Source: Antedon mediterranea (Eukaryota > Animalia > Echinodermata). From it: a stretch of DNA of 64,000 nucleotides. The notes below the pieces were generated by a model, which was given only the letters and a program-made list of their open reading frames with translations, was not told the DNA's origin and ran no database searches. The DNA lies in contig NC_092670.1 in assembly GCF_964355755.1 (NCBI RefSeq), forward strand, positions 32,724,388 to 32,788,387. Direction: 5' to 3'. Shown piece after piece: positions 1 to 12,643 of this stretch. The translations under genes and the position numbers were made by a program. Within the stretch, counting starts at the first letter, position 1. Each line of letters begins with the position of its first letter.

Positions 1-923
1 TATCTCAAATGTGTCATTTTCAAAACCGTAATAAATAGAGATCTCAGTGGGCACCAACGTATATGTGGTGGTACTAGATTTTGTTGTATATTTGATATCA
101 ATGGTCGATGTATCAGCTGTCTGGTTACCCTTTTTATATTTAACACATTTTCTTTCTCCTACAATTTGAACACACCGATAACCTTCCGATAATTTTAGCA
201 ATGTTTGGTTGACGCTGGGACAGATGTCTCTAGAAACAACCGCATCTGCCTTTTGGTATGTTGAACCAATTGTTATAAATATCTACAATAAAACATTAAT
301 ATCATTTAAAAAGACAGAATTATAGTACAGTTTTCAAATAAATTAGTATTTTACCATGTTTTATTTAAAGATGTAGTGCCTCAAAAAAACATGAAAAATA
401 AAGTCAAACTTTAAATAGGCCATTTTGGAATTTATTTGTTATTCACTTCTGTAAAAAAAAACCCAAAACAAACCTAAAAAAATTATTTCACTTATAAAAA
501 AACAAAAGAAACGATTTAAACAAACAATTTGAGGCCTTTTTTGCTTTTTAGATCCAGTTTTTGGTCAAAGTGAATAACTATAATTATTACGTGACATTAA
601 AATGAGATATTAAAAAAAAAAATTGAAAAACAAGGCCATATACTGTACATGGCTGCAGTCGCGTGCTCATTGAGTTAGTGTTTACCGACCGACCGACCGA
701 CCGACCATCCGACCGACATACTAGTAGTGAGATGTAGAGTCGCGTTTCAGGCGACTAAAAACCCCAACATTTAGGGGGACAATTTGTTCAACATTTAAAA
801 GATCATTTTTATATTATTGAACAATATTTATAACTAAAATATCCGTAAAATTAGATTTTAACTTACCCAAACGATGGAATATAAGATTGCACAATTGGAC
901 AAATTAATCTTAGCACAAAACAT
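1..923 (-). CDS. Secreted Cys-motif/LamG-family member, copy 0 (partial, runs off window start); exon1 923-867, exon2 282-<1
   Basis: Not in the ORF track. Exon1 is MFCAKINLSNCAILYSIVW|gtaagt. Acceptor ttgtag precedes 282. Exon2 is open for 94 codons: IFITIGS...ICPSVNQTLLKLSEGYRCVQIVGERKC...ISIYYGFENDT. It has the same 3-Cys motif, phase-0 intron after TGG and LamG first strand as the plus-strand copies. Confidence 0.8.
629..760 (-). mobile_element. Short Helentron-associated (DINE-1/HINE-like) non-autonomous element in the intron of copy 0
   Basis: aacaaggcc...agtcgcgt at one end, internal (ccga)n microsatellite, palindromic gagtcgcgtttcaggcgactaaaa at the other end. Same termini as 40979-41820. 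Confidence 0.65.
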
Positions 924-1335
924 ACTTGTGTTTGTCTGGTGATACAGTGTTGTATGTATATGTCACTAGCAATCATGCATCGATTCAATGGCCTGTTTAC
1001 CGCTTCTGCTCGAATTTCACACTAATCAAATTTTGCTTCCTTGATATAATTTGGATGTTACTAATTAAACGTTTAGATTAATAAATACATTATCTAAACA
1101 TATTGCTATTTCTAAATAAAAGTTTTGATTGTGTTTTAATAAAAAGTAATTAGTTTCAGTATTTACATTGTGCAATAATATTATATAGTAGAACGTTGAG
1201 TGTACCCTTGTCATTTGGTTGGTTAATTTCATATCACGTTCCGTTTAGTATTATAATTTAGAATTTAAAAGTTCTAGAATGCGGAGAACTTTACATTAAG
1301 TGTGTCAATTGTGCTCGGCTATGTCAGAAATATAA

Positions 1336-1933
1336 TTTACCTCCGCCAAATAGGTATATATAGTCGATCGCGTGTGTGTTTTTCTGTTTGTTTGTTAGCC
1401 GGATTACTAAAAAAATAATTACAATATCTTTACCAAAATGCATCATTATAGATATGTGATCAAGGACCATTCAATTAAATTGGAGGCAATCCGGACAACC
1501 AGGGTCCCAATTCTGGAACTCCTTTTAGTATTATTTTTAGACCTGCTAGTGTTAAAAGATTGGAGAGAATTTTCAAAAGACGACGAGCAGTCTTAAAGTA
1601 ATAAGTAAGCTTTATTTGCATTTTCTAACTACTTGTCCAAAAAAGGCACGAATTATAATTTGTGATTTGTAACTTTAAAACACAATTTTATTTGATTTAC
1701 TGTTTTTTGATACGAGCAGTTTTAAAAAAACCTATTTCTTTTCAAATTCACCCGTTTGTTTTTTGGCGTTGCTTTTCTATTGTTAACTGAACTGAAAATA
1801 TTGTTAGTTGAATGGCTGGTTACATAACCATTAGACCAACTTCTCATACACATGCTTGTAGTGAAATTAGCCTGAATCACACACAGCATTTTCCCGGATA
1901 AATTTTACAGTAGGCGGAGGTATGGGTTCCAGG
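1336..1933 (+). mobile_element. Helentron-type non-autonomous element (tacctccgcc...ggcggaggta subterminal inverted repeat)
   Basis: ttacctccgcc at the left, ggcggaggta at ~1915-1922, GT/TTTG simple repeat after the left end. Related to 2477-2988. Confidence 0.5.
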
Positions 1934-2476
1934 ACGATTCGGCACACTTTTGTGGGCCGAAACATCCCACTTTGTGTGCCGAACCTCTCACTTTTGACCA
2001 AATTCATATTCATTTTTTGGTATTTATCAAGTTTTTAAAGGTGCTTAACAATCCGTATTTTGACAATGTTGATATAATATATATAATAAATTACTTCAAA
2101 AACGTAATTTTATATTCAATTCATTACTTCGAAAACCTTGTTTATTTCGTGCATTTGCCAAGCGGCCAAAAGAGGGCGTAACTTGTTTACATCGTTCGCG
2201 TGACTAAAAAATGATTATTTTCGACAATGTTTTCAAAATGTTTGCTTTGTTGCATCTTTATCCCTAGTAGTACTACCCCATAGTATCTCTGAAAATAAAG
2301 TTTGGGGAAAAAAGCAATATTTTGATGCTTATAAAATGCATTTCAAAGCCGATGAATTTAAGTTTGCAGAATCGTCTCAGGGCCGAATCAATTCCGGACC
2401 TACTGTAGGCCTACACCCACAGATAATGCCACAATGGATTCTTAACTTATACGCAACTCAATAAAACATTTTAAAT

Positions 2477-2988
2477 TAGAGGGTACTCCGAGAGTACAAA
2501 CCTGCGCCTACTGTAAAATTCCCCTACATAAAATATCCCCGGAAAATATATATACATTTTAAATTTTTTTCTGTAGTGTGCTAACTGCACACTACAGGTG
2601 TGGATGAGAGTTTGGTGTAATGGTTATGTATCCAGCCTCTCACAGATCCCTGGTTCAATTCTCGCTTGGTTTTTTTAAAATTATTATTTTTTAAATTTTC
2701 TTTGACCCTGACCCTTCAAAATGTAACTACAATTATATGATGAGTCATTGATCATTGTGGCTAAGTTTGTGAGAATCGAATACAAACTGAGTAAAATATT
2801 TTATTGTTAGTTTTGACCTATGACCTTTCCCCCTCCTCAAAATCGAACTTGTCTGAGCTTTTGGGGCATATATCATTGTGGCTAAATTTGCCAGATTGCG
2901 AGAAAAACCGTGGCCTCCAGGCTGTTCACAGACACACACACGAACATACATACAGGGGTGAAAATATAACATCCTTGGCGGAGGTAAT
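2477..2988 (-). mobile_element. Helentron-type non-autonomous element
   Basis: Minus strand begins attacctccgccaaggatgttat and ends taggcgcaggtttgtactctcggagtaccctcta (subterminal repeat plus gtactc/gagtac hairpin). Internal CA-rich microsatellite. Confidence 0.6.
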
Positions 2989-3096
2989 TAATACCAACAG
3001 ACAAATCAATAATATAACAAACCATCTATCCAATTGTAATGAAGAGGTAAATGTTAGATTTGATTCTTAATACCTAAACAATATAAACGATCAATA

Positions 3097-3145
3097 TCTA
3101 ATATATAAATTTACGTAAGGGCAAAATTCGGTAAATTGCGCGTCG
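3097..3145 (+). mobile_element. Helitron 5' end fragment
   Basis: tctaatatataaatttacgtaagggcaaaattcggtaaa matches the 5' terminus of the element at 57183. Confidence 0.6.
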
Positions 3146-3454
3146 CACTACCAGATCTTAAGGCAAAATTAGATAACAATATTATTATTCGTCTTTCTCC
3201 CTCTTGCTGGATGCCCGCAAAGTTGATTTTAACGATTACAGCGATTTCAGAACAAAGCAGAGCGGCTGGTCTTTGCGTGTGGACGGGATCAGCCCTCGGA
3301 TGGTTTATTGAAAGATCTCCATTGGCTTCATAAAAAAAAAAAAGAATTTTGTACAAAGTTATTGTTTTTATTTATAACTGTATTTACTCTGTTGTTCCTT
3401 TGTACATGTTTGATTTAATTAAGTTTAACCGTGACCATGAGCTTTCATTTTATT

Positions 3455-3712
3455 ACAGGTGTCGAATTCGCTCCTCTAATGACCCCACCCGACTTTTCGT
3501 TCCACGATCTAATCGGAAAGCTGGTGACAATGCGTTTTCTGTCGCCACTCCACGGATCTGGAACGCGATACCTGTCGATTTGAGAGGAGCGAATTCGGAA
3601 CCTCTATTTAAACGTCAACGTAAAACTTTTCCTTTTAATTAATTACTTAGTATTGTTAGGCGCTCTGTTCTTTGTAGAACGCCATATAAAAACCTGTATA
3701 GAATAGAATAGT
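3455..3712 (+). mobile_element. 3' end of L2/CR1-group LINE
   Basis: RSSNDPTRLFVPRS...GDNAFSVATPRIWNAIP...FKRQRKT is a typical ORF2 C-terminus. It is followed by a (tagaa)n tail. Confidence 0.75.
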
Positions 3713-6686
3713 TAATTAAGGAAGATGCGAAGTTTCATTGAAATAAAACAATTAGAATACCTTTGTATTAAGGCGTGAACTGAAACGCCCTGTTTATTTG
3801 TTTGTATTTGTCATTTCCTGTTACTTAAATTTAAAAGCATTTTTCTCAAAACACTGATTGTAACAGCCAAACCTTTAGACTGATATATCTCTGGAAGTAG
3901 ACTTGGTATCAAGACAATTTTTTCATTAATTTTTACTCTTAGCGTCTACAATAGTAACAATCCAACAAATGTATATTATATCATTGTTCTATATAGATAT
4001 ATTTGTATAATAGCTTTGGTGTAATTAAACTTGTGATTAGGCCTATATAATTGTTTAAAAGAGAAAGAATAAAATAGTTATTGTTGATAACAACGGAATG
4101 TTATCAGTATCGGTGTAAAAATAATAGGTTGATGTTTGATGATTAACATTTACTTTAGATTTTTTTTTTTTTTTAACATTAATTTTGTAGGCGTTTGGCG
4201 TATTTATTTTAAGAAGTTGTTAAATTTCCAAAACGTAAAAATTTAAGTTTTTATAATTAACAACTTAAAAAAAAAATATCTTCACTCAAAATCAATTTCA
4301 ATTAACAATTAAAAAATAATAGATTAAAACAATACATAGAAATAAGAGTTTAATCAGATAAAACTTCCAAGAAAATCAAATTAAAAGGCAGAAAAGACAA
4401 GAAATTCAAATTATGGACTTACGCTCTCAGATTAGACTGGCAGCGAATTTAAACACTTCCAATTTGATTTGATTTGATTTGATTTATTTTGGCATCAGTA
4501 CATAAAATATCACAGACATACAATTAAAATTAGCAAATATAAAAATACCAAAATAAAACAAGGATAACTCATAAAAGTCCTCTACGGACTTGTTTCCAAT
4601 GAGGTCCTTTGAAAGAACAGCAAAAGACAAACAATGCAACATATAAAAATTACAAAAAAACAGCAAAAATGACAATCGAAAAAAGAAGAAGCGCTTATTA
4701 AATAGTTTCTAGAGCTAGTGAACGTTCATGTAGATACTTTTTAACTTTACTTTTAAAACAACAAACAGTTTGTGATTCCTTAATGTTAATTGGTAAATTA
4801 TTCCATTCTTTAATAGCATTGTAAAAAAAGGTCACATGTGCCATTGGCTTGATAGTTGGAATTCTAAAATTAAAATTGCATCCCCTAGTATTGTAATTAT
4901 GACTGTATGAAATTCTAATAAAACGATTGCATAAATAAGGTGGACAACAATGATTATATATTTTAAAAACATGACAGACTCTAAGAATTTCGACACGGTC
5001 TTGGACTTTTAACATACCAACGTCGTTTAGCTGAGATTGACCAACATGAGATCGGGGACCTAACTTTTTTATAAAACGAACCATTTTGTTTTGAGTCGTT
5101 TGTAATTTTGATTTTAAATTTTTATTTACCGTAGAAGACCATGAGCAAACCGAAAATTCAAACATCGGTTGGATTAAAGCAAAACTAAGAATTTTGCGAC
5201 AATGTGAATTAAGAAATGATGATTGGCGGTACAGAAATTTCAGTCTGCCGTTTGCTTTGTTTATAAACATAAACTTATTAATCTTTTTCGATCTGCTTTT
5301 TTAAGTTGTTACTTTTCTTGAATGTAAGTAATTCCAAATAATTTAGCAACAATTTCGGATAATAAGAAACAACGGTGCATCAAGATACATCTTTAAAAAT
5401 TAAAACGCAGTGGTGACCATGGTTACTGTGAGTATTGTATTGAAGGGCAATAGTTGAATTTGTGACCTATTGTGCATATTCTTAATCAAAGATGAAGAAT
5501 TGGTTAAATTGATAGACTTGCAATGAAATTGTATGTTCTCATCAAATGGAATAATTTTAATTAAAATTGACATTAAATAGTTCAATTATTCGTTCAAATA
5601 TAAGAGAAAATCCCCCAAAAAACTTAGCTTCACGTGTATTTCATAGAATATAAAAATAAAAAAATGAAATATTATTATTTGAAAAATTGAATTATTTAAC
5701 CGCCTTTAGGAATACAAGTTATATTATTTTAGTTTAAAAAAATCTGCCCATGACTACTAAATAATTAGCACTATAACGATTTCCGTATACCTGAATTTGG
5801 CGTAGTCGCAAAAACTCTCACAACGCTGATTGATTTGTAGGTGTGCGTGCTTGTTCGTTACTTCGATTGCTTTTCTGTCTTATACCGTGTCGTAAATATA
5901 TAAATAGAGTTCGCAATTGACACGGAATTATGATTTTGACATGTTTTATTGTATGATTCCCTTTGATCATGGCTGTTTTCTCATTATTGATAATTCGAAA
6001 TACCAATGTATTATTCTGATGAGATTACGTACTACAGTACGAAGATGATTTTTCAAAATCATTCAACCGCATTTAAAAGTGAGACAATTACGTTTTATGA
6101 AATATGACTTCTTATTTTTATGAGCGCATGCGCTGCGTAAACGTTGTTTTCATTGTGCTTCTGTCAAATTGAGAAACAATATGTGATGTTTATTATACAT
6201 TGTTGTCTTTATTTCATTCAAGTAAACAATGGTGAAGTTGACAACTATTCATAAATAATAACAAAGAAAAAATATACACAGTATAACAAAAACAATCACG
6301 TTACCAATTTAGAAAACAAAAAAGAACAATACCGTTGAGCTACTGGGGTCTTACGCTAGGCAAATGTAAAAAATAAGGTGGACACGAGTCGACCTTTCCA
6401 AAATTCAGTACAATATTCTGCTGGCATTTACTTTAGAATCAGTGGCACACACCTTTTGGTGTAGTCTGGGTCCCAGACGGAGTTTTGATTTAATTTAGTA
6501 AAAAGATAAATATTTTGGCACATGTGGCATTTCATACGTATACTACTTGATCTTGTATTTTCAGACAAAATCGAAACGTCGACTGATTGACTAACATAAA
6601 AAAGACAATAAATATAGACTTGGGGCAAGTCTACTTTCGGCGATGCGTCCATACAATAAACAACAAAATATACAAAGTATAAAAGG

Positions 6687-6725
<39 letters not shown>

Positions 6726-7125
6726 CAGTAGGCCTATTCACAAACCATTTCGCACGTACAGTAAATATGGTATAATAACCCATAGCTGTTTATTTTTTAA
6801 TTTTAATGTCAATCAATGAGAAATGATTATGTAAAGAAAACAAGATAAATCGCAGTAATTAACCTTGGATACTGTGATTAATTTTATTAAACGTCAATCT
6901 TTTGTTGTGTGTACAAATTCTTAATTAAAGATAACGTATTGATTATATTTTATCAAATTTTATTATAATTGTATGTTAGTTAAATTGACATGATTGAATA
7001 TTTCAATTATTCGTTCATATAAAATTTACACTTATAATAAGTATATTAATAAATCTAGTTCAAACTAAAACGAGCGAAATGCATAGACCAAGCAATCTGA
7101 TTTGGATGCATGAGAGGAGGTGACA
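3707..7125. repeat. Segmental duplication, copy 1 (copy 2 at 12644-16041)
   Basis: Colinear near-identical sequence including the LINE, the (ta)n tract and near-identical short ORFs. Confidence 0.95.
4462..5272 (-). mobile_element. 5'-truncated CR1/L2-group LINE (ORF2 C-terminal 190 aa, 3'UTR, (caaat)n tail)
   Basis: KANGRLKFLYR...ALIQPMF...LQTTQNKMVRFI...HNYNTRG...FFYNAIKEWNNLP...FKSKVK, with a microsatellite tail at 4462-4490. Confidence 0.9.
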
Positions 7126-7741
7126 CAATAACACTCTCTTGCTATAACCTAACCTTACATGATACAGGCAACACATGTGATACAATTGAGAAGCTGTATT
7201 ACCGAATATTTCTATGATATTGAGCAATACTGTATGTTGAGAATCGGGTAAATATCCCTCAAATGAAAAAGGTCGGACAATTTCAGAGACTGGAATCCCA
7301 AGGACTTACACAAAGAGATTGTGTGCTATGACATAAAACATTAAAAAAAATGATAAATTCAAATTTAAAATGATGGTCCTATACTTTTACTATGGTTCAA
7401 TAATAATTTACAATTAACTAGTACATTCTTTGTCTTGCTGTTATTTTTTCTGGCAATATTTTAGTCACTAGTTTCGTTTGTTGGACGTATAAGACCATCC
7501 TTTACGTTGCTCTGTCACTACTAATAAAGCTTGGTTCCCAATAAGATGCAACGCAAAGACATAACGCAACCCAAGTCATTTGACCAGCCAGGAAAGAGTG
7601 AAATTTCCCTGATTTGACCCATTCATAAGCGATGGATTATTCCAACAGTCGTTTGTCATTCAGTTCAACTCGACTGCGTTGCGTCTATGTCTTTCGCTCT
7701 GAATATAGGCCTACTATGTTATATATGCAGTAAATAACAAC

Positions 7742-9896
7742 TTATTTGTTTATTTCAATGTATTCATAATGCTTGTATTGGTCATCATGATTGATTTTAC
7801 TTTTAGGAATCTCCCTCGCTGATTGACTATTCAATGAACACGACATCAGATCGTTGACACTTATTGATTGACACTCTTCAATCCACTGGCATAATCTAAG
7901 ACACGTGAGTAAAGACTTAACTGGCAACGTTCTTATCACATAATCAGACATGAAAATGTTGTCGAAGAACTGCATTAATCCAATTATCTTCAGGCCTGAA
8001 AGAAGAAACCAGGGGAACCAGTGTCAGTAGTTGACATACCAAAGTACAATTGGTACAATTTAGGTTACGATATCCAATAAATGTTCATTAATTTACTGTT
8101 AAGTTACTGTAGGTAAATGATTGAAATACCTGTACATGCTAGTGGTCCAATTGTGCTATTACCATATTCCCCATTTAAGCCCGTGTCACCATGCCGTAAC
8201 TCCGTCACTGGCAGGGTAGATATATCGTCAACATATCCATCATCGTATCTCATATTTCCATCATTTCTGCCACATTCACAAGTTTTACTTGGATCGCTGC
8301 AGTCGCCTTAAATAATAATTCCGTGTAGTATAAATCAAATAAACTATTATAATAGCGATATGCAAAATTAATTTACATACGCCTTCTTCACAAAACACCC
8401 AGTGATGTAGGTTAATCTTTTAAGAACAAAGTTTGTTACGAATTTTTGTGTACCTTGTCCTCCGAAAATATGCTCGCCGCGCGCTATGTAATTTCTGCTG
8501 GTTACGCTTCCTTGCACAACATTGTTTTTCATCGATCGAAGATGTCTCCTGTTACTTGAAAAAAGGCCTATTCTGACTCTGATGTTCATTTGGGTTTGAC
8601 CAAACTGCTTTTTCAATTGTGCATTATGAATGATTTTATATACATCCAATTTTAAAAACAGCAAGGCCTGTTTGATAGCTTTGGGTAGTAGTCGCAACTT
8701 TTAAAGACTGGAAAACGTAAAATAAACTGTTTTCCATCTCCACCACACGACACAAAAGTCAACAAAACAGAATACTAAGCTTACCTCTGTATCCGCATGC
8801 ACAGCCATGGAAACCAGTTGGACTTGCCCAGTTGTACATAGGGGTACCGTTACGTGATACCCAATAGCCAAACCCTACGATGTTTGAATGACGGCAATCA
8901 TACTGTAGAAAAAAAAAGATTGGTTTGCGAACATTGTATCGCATGTTTAGGTGACTACTAGTTTGTGTACCTTATAAAGCATATCGATACCTCCATGGGC
9001 AAAGTTTTCTAGACATATAATAAACAAAACAAACGTTGAAGATACCATAATAAAAAAAATACAAAATCATCCTACTCTAATATATTGTCGACATGAGGTT
9101 GATGACTCCATTAACGCTACAATCTGCGCAATAGACATCTCGTACGTAATGTTGTGTACGAACGAACCTTTAGGTTCATATCCATTGACCTCCTCAACAA
9201 GATTACATGTCGGTGTTATAATAGTTTTACCTGTGTAAAGGAAAATAATAATAAATTTACTTTAGTATTACTATCCGTATCAGTCATGAGTTACATAGTT
9301 TAAATTATTTTTCAAAAAGTTGCCGGAGTTTACACACACCATAAAACGCCGGAGTTTACACACGCCACAAAACGCCGGAGTTTACACACGCCACAAAACG
9401 CCGGAGTTTACACACGCCACAAAACGCCGCAGTTTACACACACCACAAAACGCCGGAGTTTACACACGCCACAAAACGCCAGAGTTTACACACACCCAAA
9501 AACGCCGGAGTTTACACATACCACAAAACGCCGGAGCTTACACACGCCACAAAACGCCGGAGTTTCCACACACCACAAAACTCCGGAGTTTACACACACC
9601 ACAAAACTCCGGAGTTTACACACACCACAAAACCCCGGAGTTTACACACACTACACTGATTTAGCAATGTGTGAGAGTATGTTAAGATTACCAGTCAACT
9701 TTCCATCTATAACTTCGCATTCTACATAGAATGGTTCAACACCTCGCTTAAGTCCATCCGGATCAACAAGTAATAGACCGTTGTAACTTCTTTCATCGAA
9801 AATAAGATGTTGGCAATTTTGTGGAACATATGAGGTGTTTGCCCTTAAAGCCAGATGGAGGCATACCAGAACTGTTGGAAAGTGTACTATATACAT
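7742..9896 (-). CDS. Secreted protein: CASPR/neurexin-IV-type fibrinogen-like domain + C-terminal PAN/Apple domain; exons 9896-9692, 9230-9076, 8902-8785, 8306-8130, 7995-7742 (possible ATGG mini-exon ending at 12138)
   Basis: All four introns are GT-AG with matching phases (1,0,1,1) and no stops. Signal peptide MYIVHFPTVLVCLHLALRA. Motifs VDPDG..GVEPFYVEC, SSTSCRQYIRYDC, YWVSRNG..YNW, CACG..C.C..ND, LPVTELRHGDTG, IGPLAC. Last exon is PAN-like: SLLTCLRLCQWIEECQSI...CSLNS...HY. Confidence 0.88.
9320..9655. repeat. 26-bp minisatellite (aaaacgccggagtttacacacgccac), about 13 copies, in intron 1
   Basis: Directly visible tandem units. Paralogous array at 16232-16507. Confidence 0.95.
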
Positions 9897-10022
9897 CGCT
9901 ATGAAAGACAGAGGAGTAAAAATGGAATAAATTATGTTTATCAAAAAAAGTAATTGGAACTTTTAACAATGTGTCATATTAAGCGCTTCCAAGACCAATA
10001 CAACACATGCTGCATTTTGAAA

Positions 10023-11651
10023 ACTAAATGGTCGTCCCCACAGATGTTTTTCCAATACACAGTAATTTCAGCGTTTATTTAAATGTAAAAACCGCAGAAC
10101 TATAATTAATACATTGTCGAAACGATAAATACGAGGATTTATGTACGGTAGTCAACTAAAATTAGCACCCTGGGCATTACTTCCGATAGAGAAACTTGTC
10201 ACAAAATGAGTCTAAATTTTGGATTTTTACTCATTTAAACAAACCTAATTTGTGTTTTGTATATAACAAAGAGGAACAATTTTAAATATATTCTTTATCC
10301 ACGCAGAAACGAAATATGTGTTCATGATTTATAGACCTATAAATAATATACTACTAAATACAGTAAACATTTGCGAGTTAATACTTTGTTAAAACTCTCA
10401 ATGTCATATGCATAGTCGATTAAAGTACACGTAACATATATACACCACTATGACGTTTATATTTTTGAAATTATTAATTAATTAATAATACAAACGTTGA
10501 GAAGCAACTGTAAGTAATAAAGTTTATTTGTATATTATGTGTCTATTTATTTATTCGGGTATAAAACTTACAAGTAGCAGCAAGGCTAAACAAGTTGCAT
10601 TTACAAAATTACTGTAAAATTTACTTACATAACAAAAGAAAAAGGATGTAATAAAGATGAAATAAAAAGTACAACAATATCACTCTGCCTCTTTGGCTCT
10701 ATGAACTACAGTATTGTTTAGCATATTAATTATTGTAGGGATGGGTGAATTTTTAAATCTTTCGGTTCTCGGTTTCTATTGTTGATATTTGACATTGCCA
10801 TTGCTTCAGAGAGAACACGAGAAATACTACGGATAACTGAATTTGTCCGAGTTCGACAGCTTCTTGCCAAAAGTCAGTACTAGATTATCACGCCTGAGTG
10901 AAGGTAAATTTAAAAATTCTAAAGCTAAATTGTAGGAGTTGTAATTAAGGCCAAGAAGAATTTTAGGGCCCTTTTTTTTTTAACCCTTTTAATAAGTTGG
11001 GTATGAAGTATGAAGCACCATGCCATATATACAGGGCAGGCGTACTCCAATATAGTGCGAAAGTAACTCAGATAAATACATTTCATATCGTCAACAGCCT
11101 ACCCACACCCACAGTAATAACGTTTATTTGTATATGTGTTTACACTCACAGTAAGAAATTTGTGATTCAAATTGCGACAAAAAATGGTTAATACGTATTT
11201 ACAGTATTGTTAATGTATTAAAATACATATCTAAAGGTTTTAAATTTATCCCCCACGACCCATAAATATTTATCTACTTGTGTTAAACCAAATAATTTAT
11301 ACTGAGACTGAGAGATTGGAATTTTCAAATATCAATGCATTTGTATTATCGTAGAAGGAGATAGGTAAATGCGTATCCTCAGATTATGTTCGTGTGTTTT
11401 TCAAGATGGACATCCATTAGAAAATGTATACCACGATCGGAACACCCCTATTTGGGAAAATCGTTGAAACTAAATTCGTTTTAATTGGTAATAACTGATT
11501 ATCTGACTAAATTTAATTAGTAAACAGGTTTACATCAGGTGGTTAAAATCATTACCGAAAGCACGAAACAACTTTATATACCATCGAGTAAACATTCTAG
11601 AAGTAACGCGCGATTTACCGAATTTTGCCTTTACGTAAATTTACATATAGA
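10023..11651 (-). mobile_element. Non-autonomous Helitron copy (same family as 57183-58562)
   Basis: Minus strand starts tctatatgtaaatttacgtaaaggcaaaattcggtaaatcgcgc. Blocks 11330-11650 and 10025-10430 are reverse-complement homologues of the 57-58.5 kb element. Confidence 0.75.
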
Positions 11652-12643
11652 TGGTACCGTACCGTACGGTAAGGTTAATAGAACTAGTAGAAATAATCGG
11701 GAAAGTGGCAATACATTTCCATAATCACACATCGGTTAGAAAAAATATTTGCAATGCAAAATAAGAAGTAATAAGTCCAAAGAAACGAATTTAAATATTA
11801 TTTACTTGGACTGTAGTCATAAAATGATATTAAGAGTTTTATGGTGCACAGTATATTGAAATGTAGGCGAACAAGAATGTATAGAAAACTATTTTTTAAA
11901 AAGGATTGCATAAAACACTTACATCAGTAAAAGGTAATACATTCAAGAATTGGTTTAAGAATAATTGTACTATCATTATTATTATAATTTAAAAATGGTT
12001 TTTAAAAAAGAAGAATATAAAAACATACATGAGAATGTTACATTAGTCAAAAGAAAGAATTTAAGTGATGGTATTGGATAATTCCATCCATTTTATGTTG
12101 AAATGAAACTATTAAATTCTTTTTTTTTTAAACTTACCCATAACAGCAACTTGGTAATTGGATATTTTGCCAGATTAAACAAATTACAGGACTGGTATCT
12201 GGCGAATCTTGTATAATGTAATGTATTCTGTTTATTTCTAATCTTCCGGTACGCAATTATTGCAGTTCACCATACAGTAATTATAAAGTCATAAATCATA
12301 CATTTTATTTAATCCATCAATCAATATGTGGCACATGTTAGTGAACATAAGTCGCATTTGTAGATTTGTAGAGACAGCCAAAAACAATAAAAAGGCTGAA
12401 AAAATACATTTTTTATTTTTTTTTACAGAAAATGATAGATGAAACAGTATTTATTTACATTACCTTGGTGTTTTTCTATTTTTAGACAAATAAGTAAATA
12501 AATATCAACATTTTGTGTGGTATGTTGGTTAAAAGATGGTGTAAATTATGTATGATTTTCATTAAACCAATCATGTTTTATGCTTAAATTCAAAGTGATC
12601 TAGTGGGTTGATTTTAATGAAGATTTTGCATAATAATAGAACA

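Noticed and set aside
2597-2670. tRNA gene
   Set aside because: Only degenerate A and B box-like motifs inside a mobile element, with no closed cloverleaf.
9320-9664. 114-aa repetitive ORF
   Set aside because: It is a translation of the 26-bp intronic minisatellite cycling through frames.
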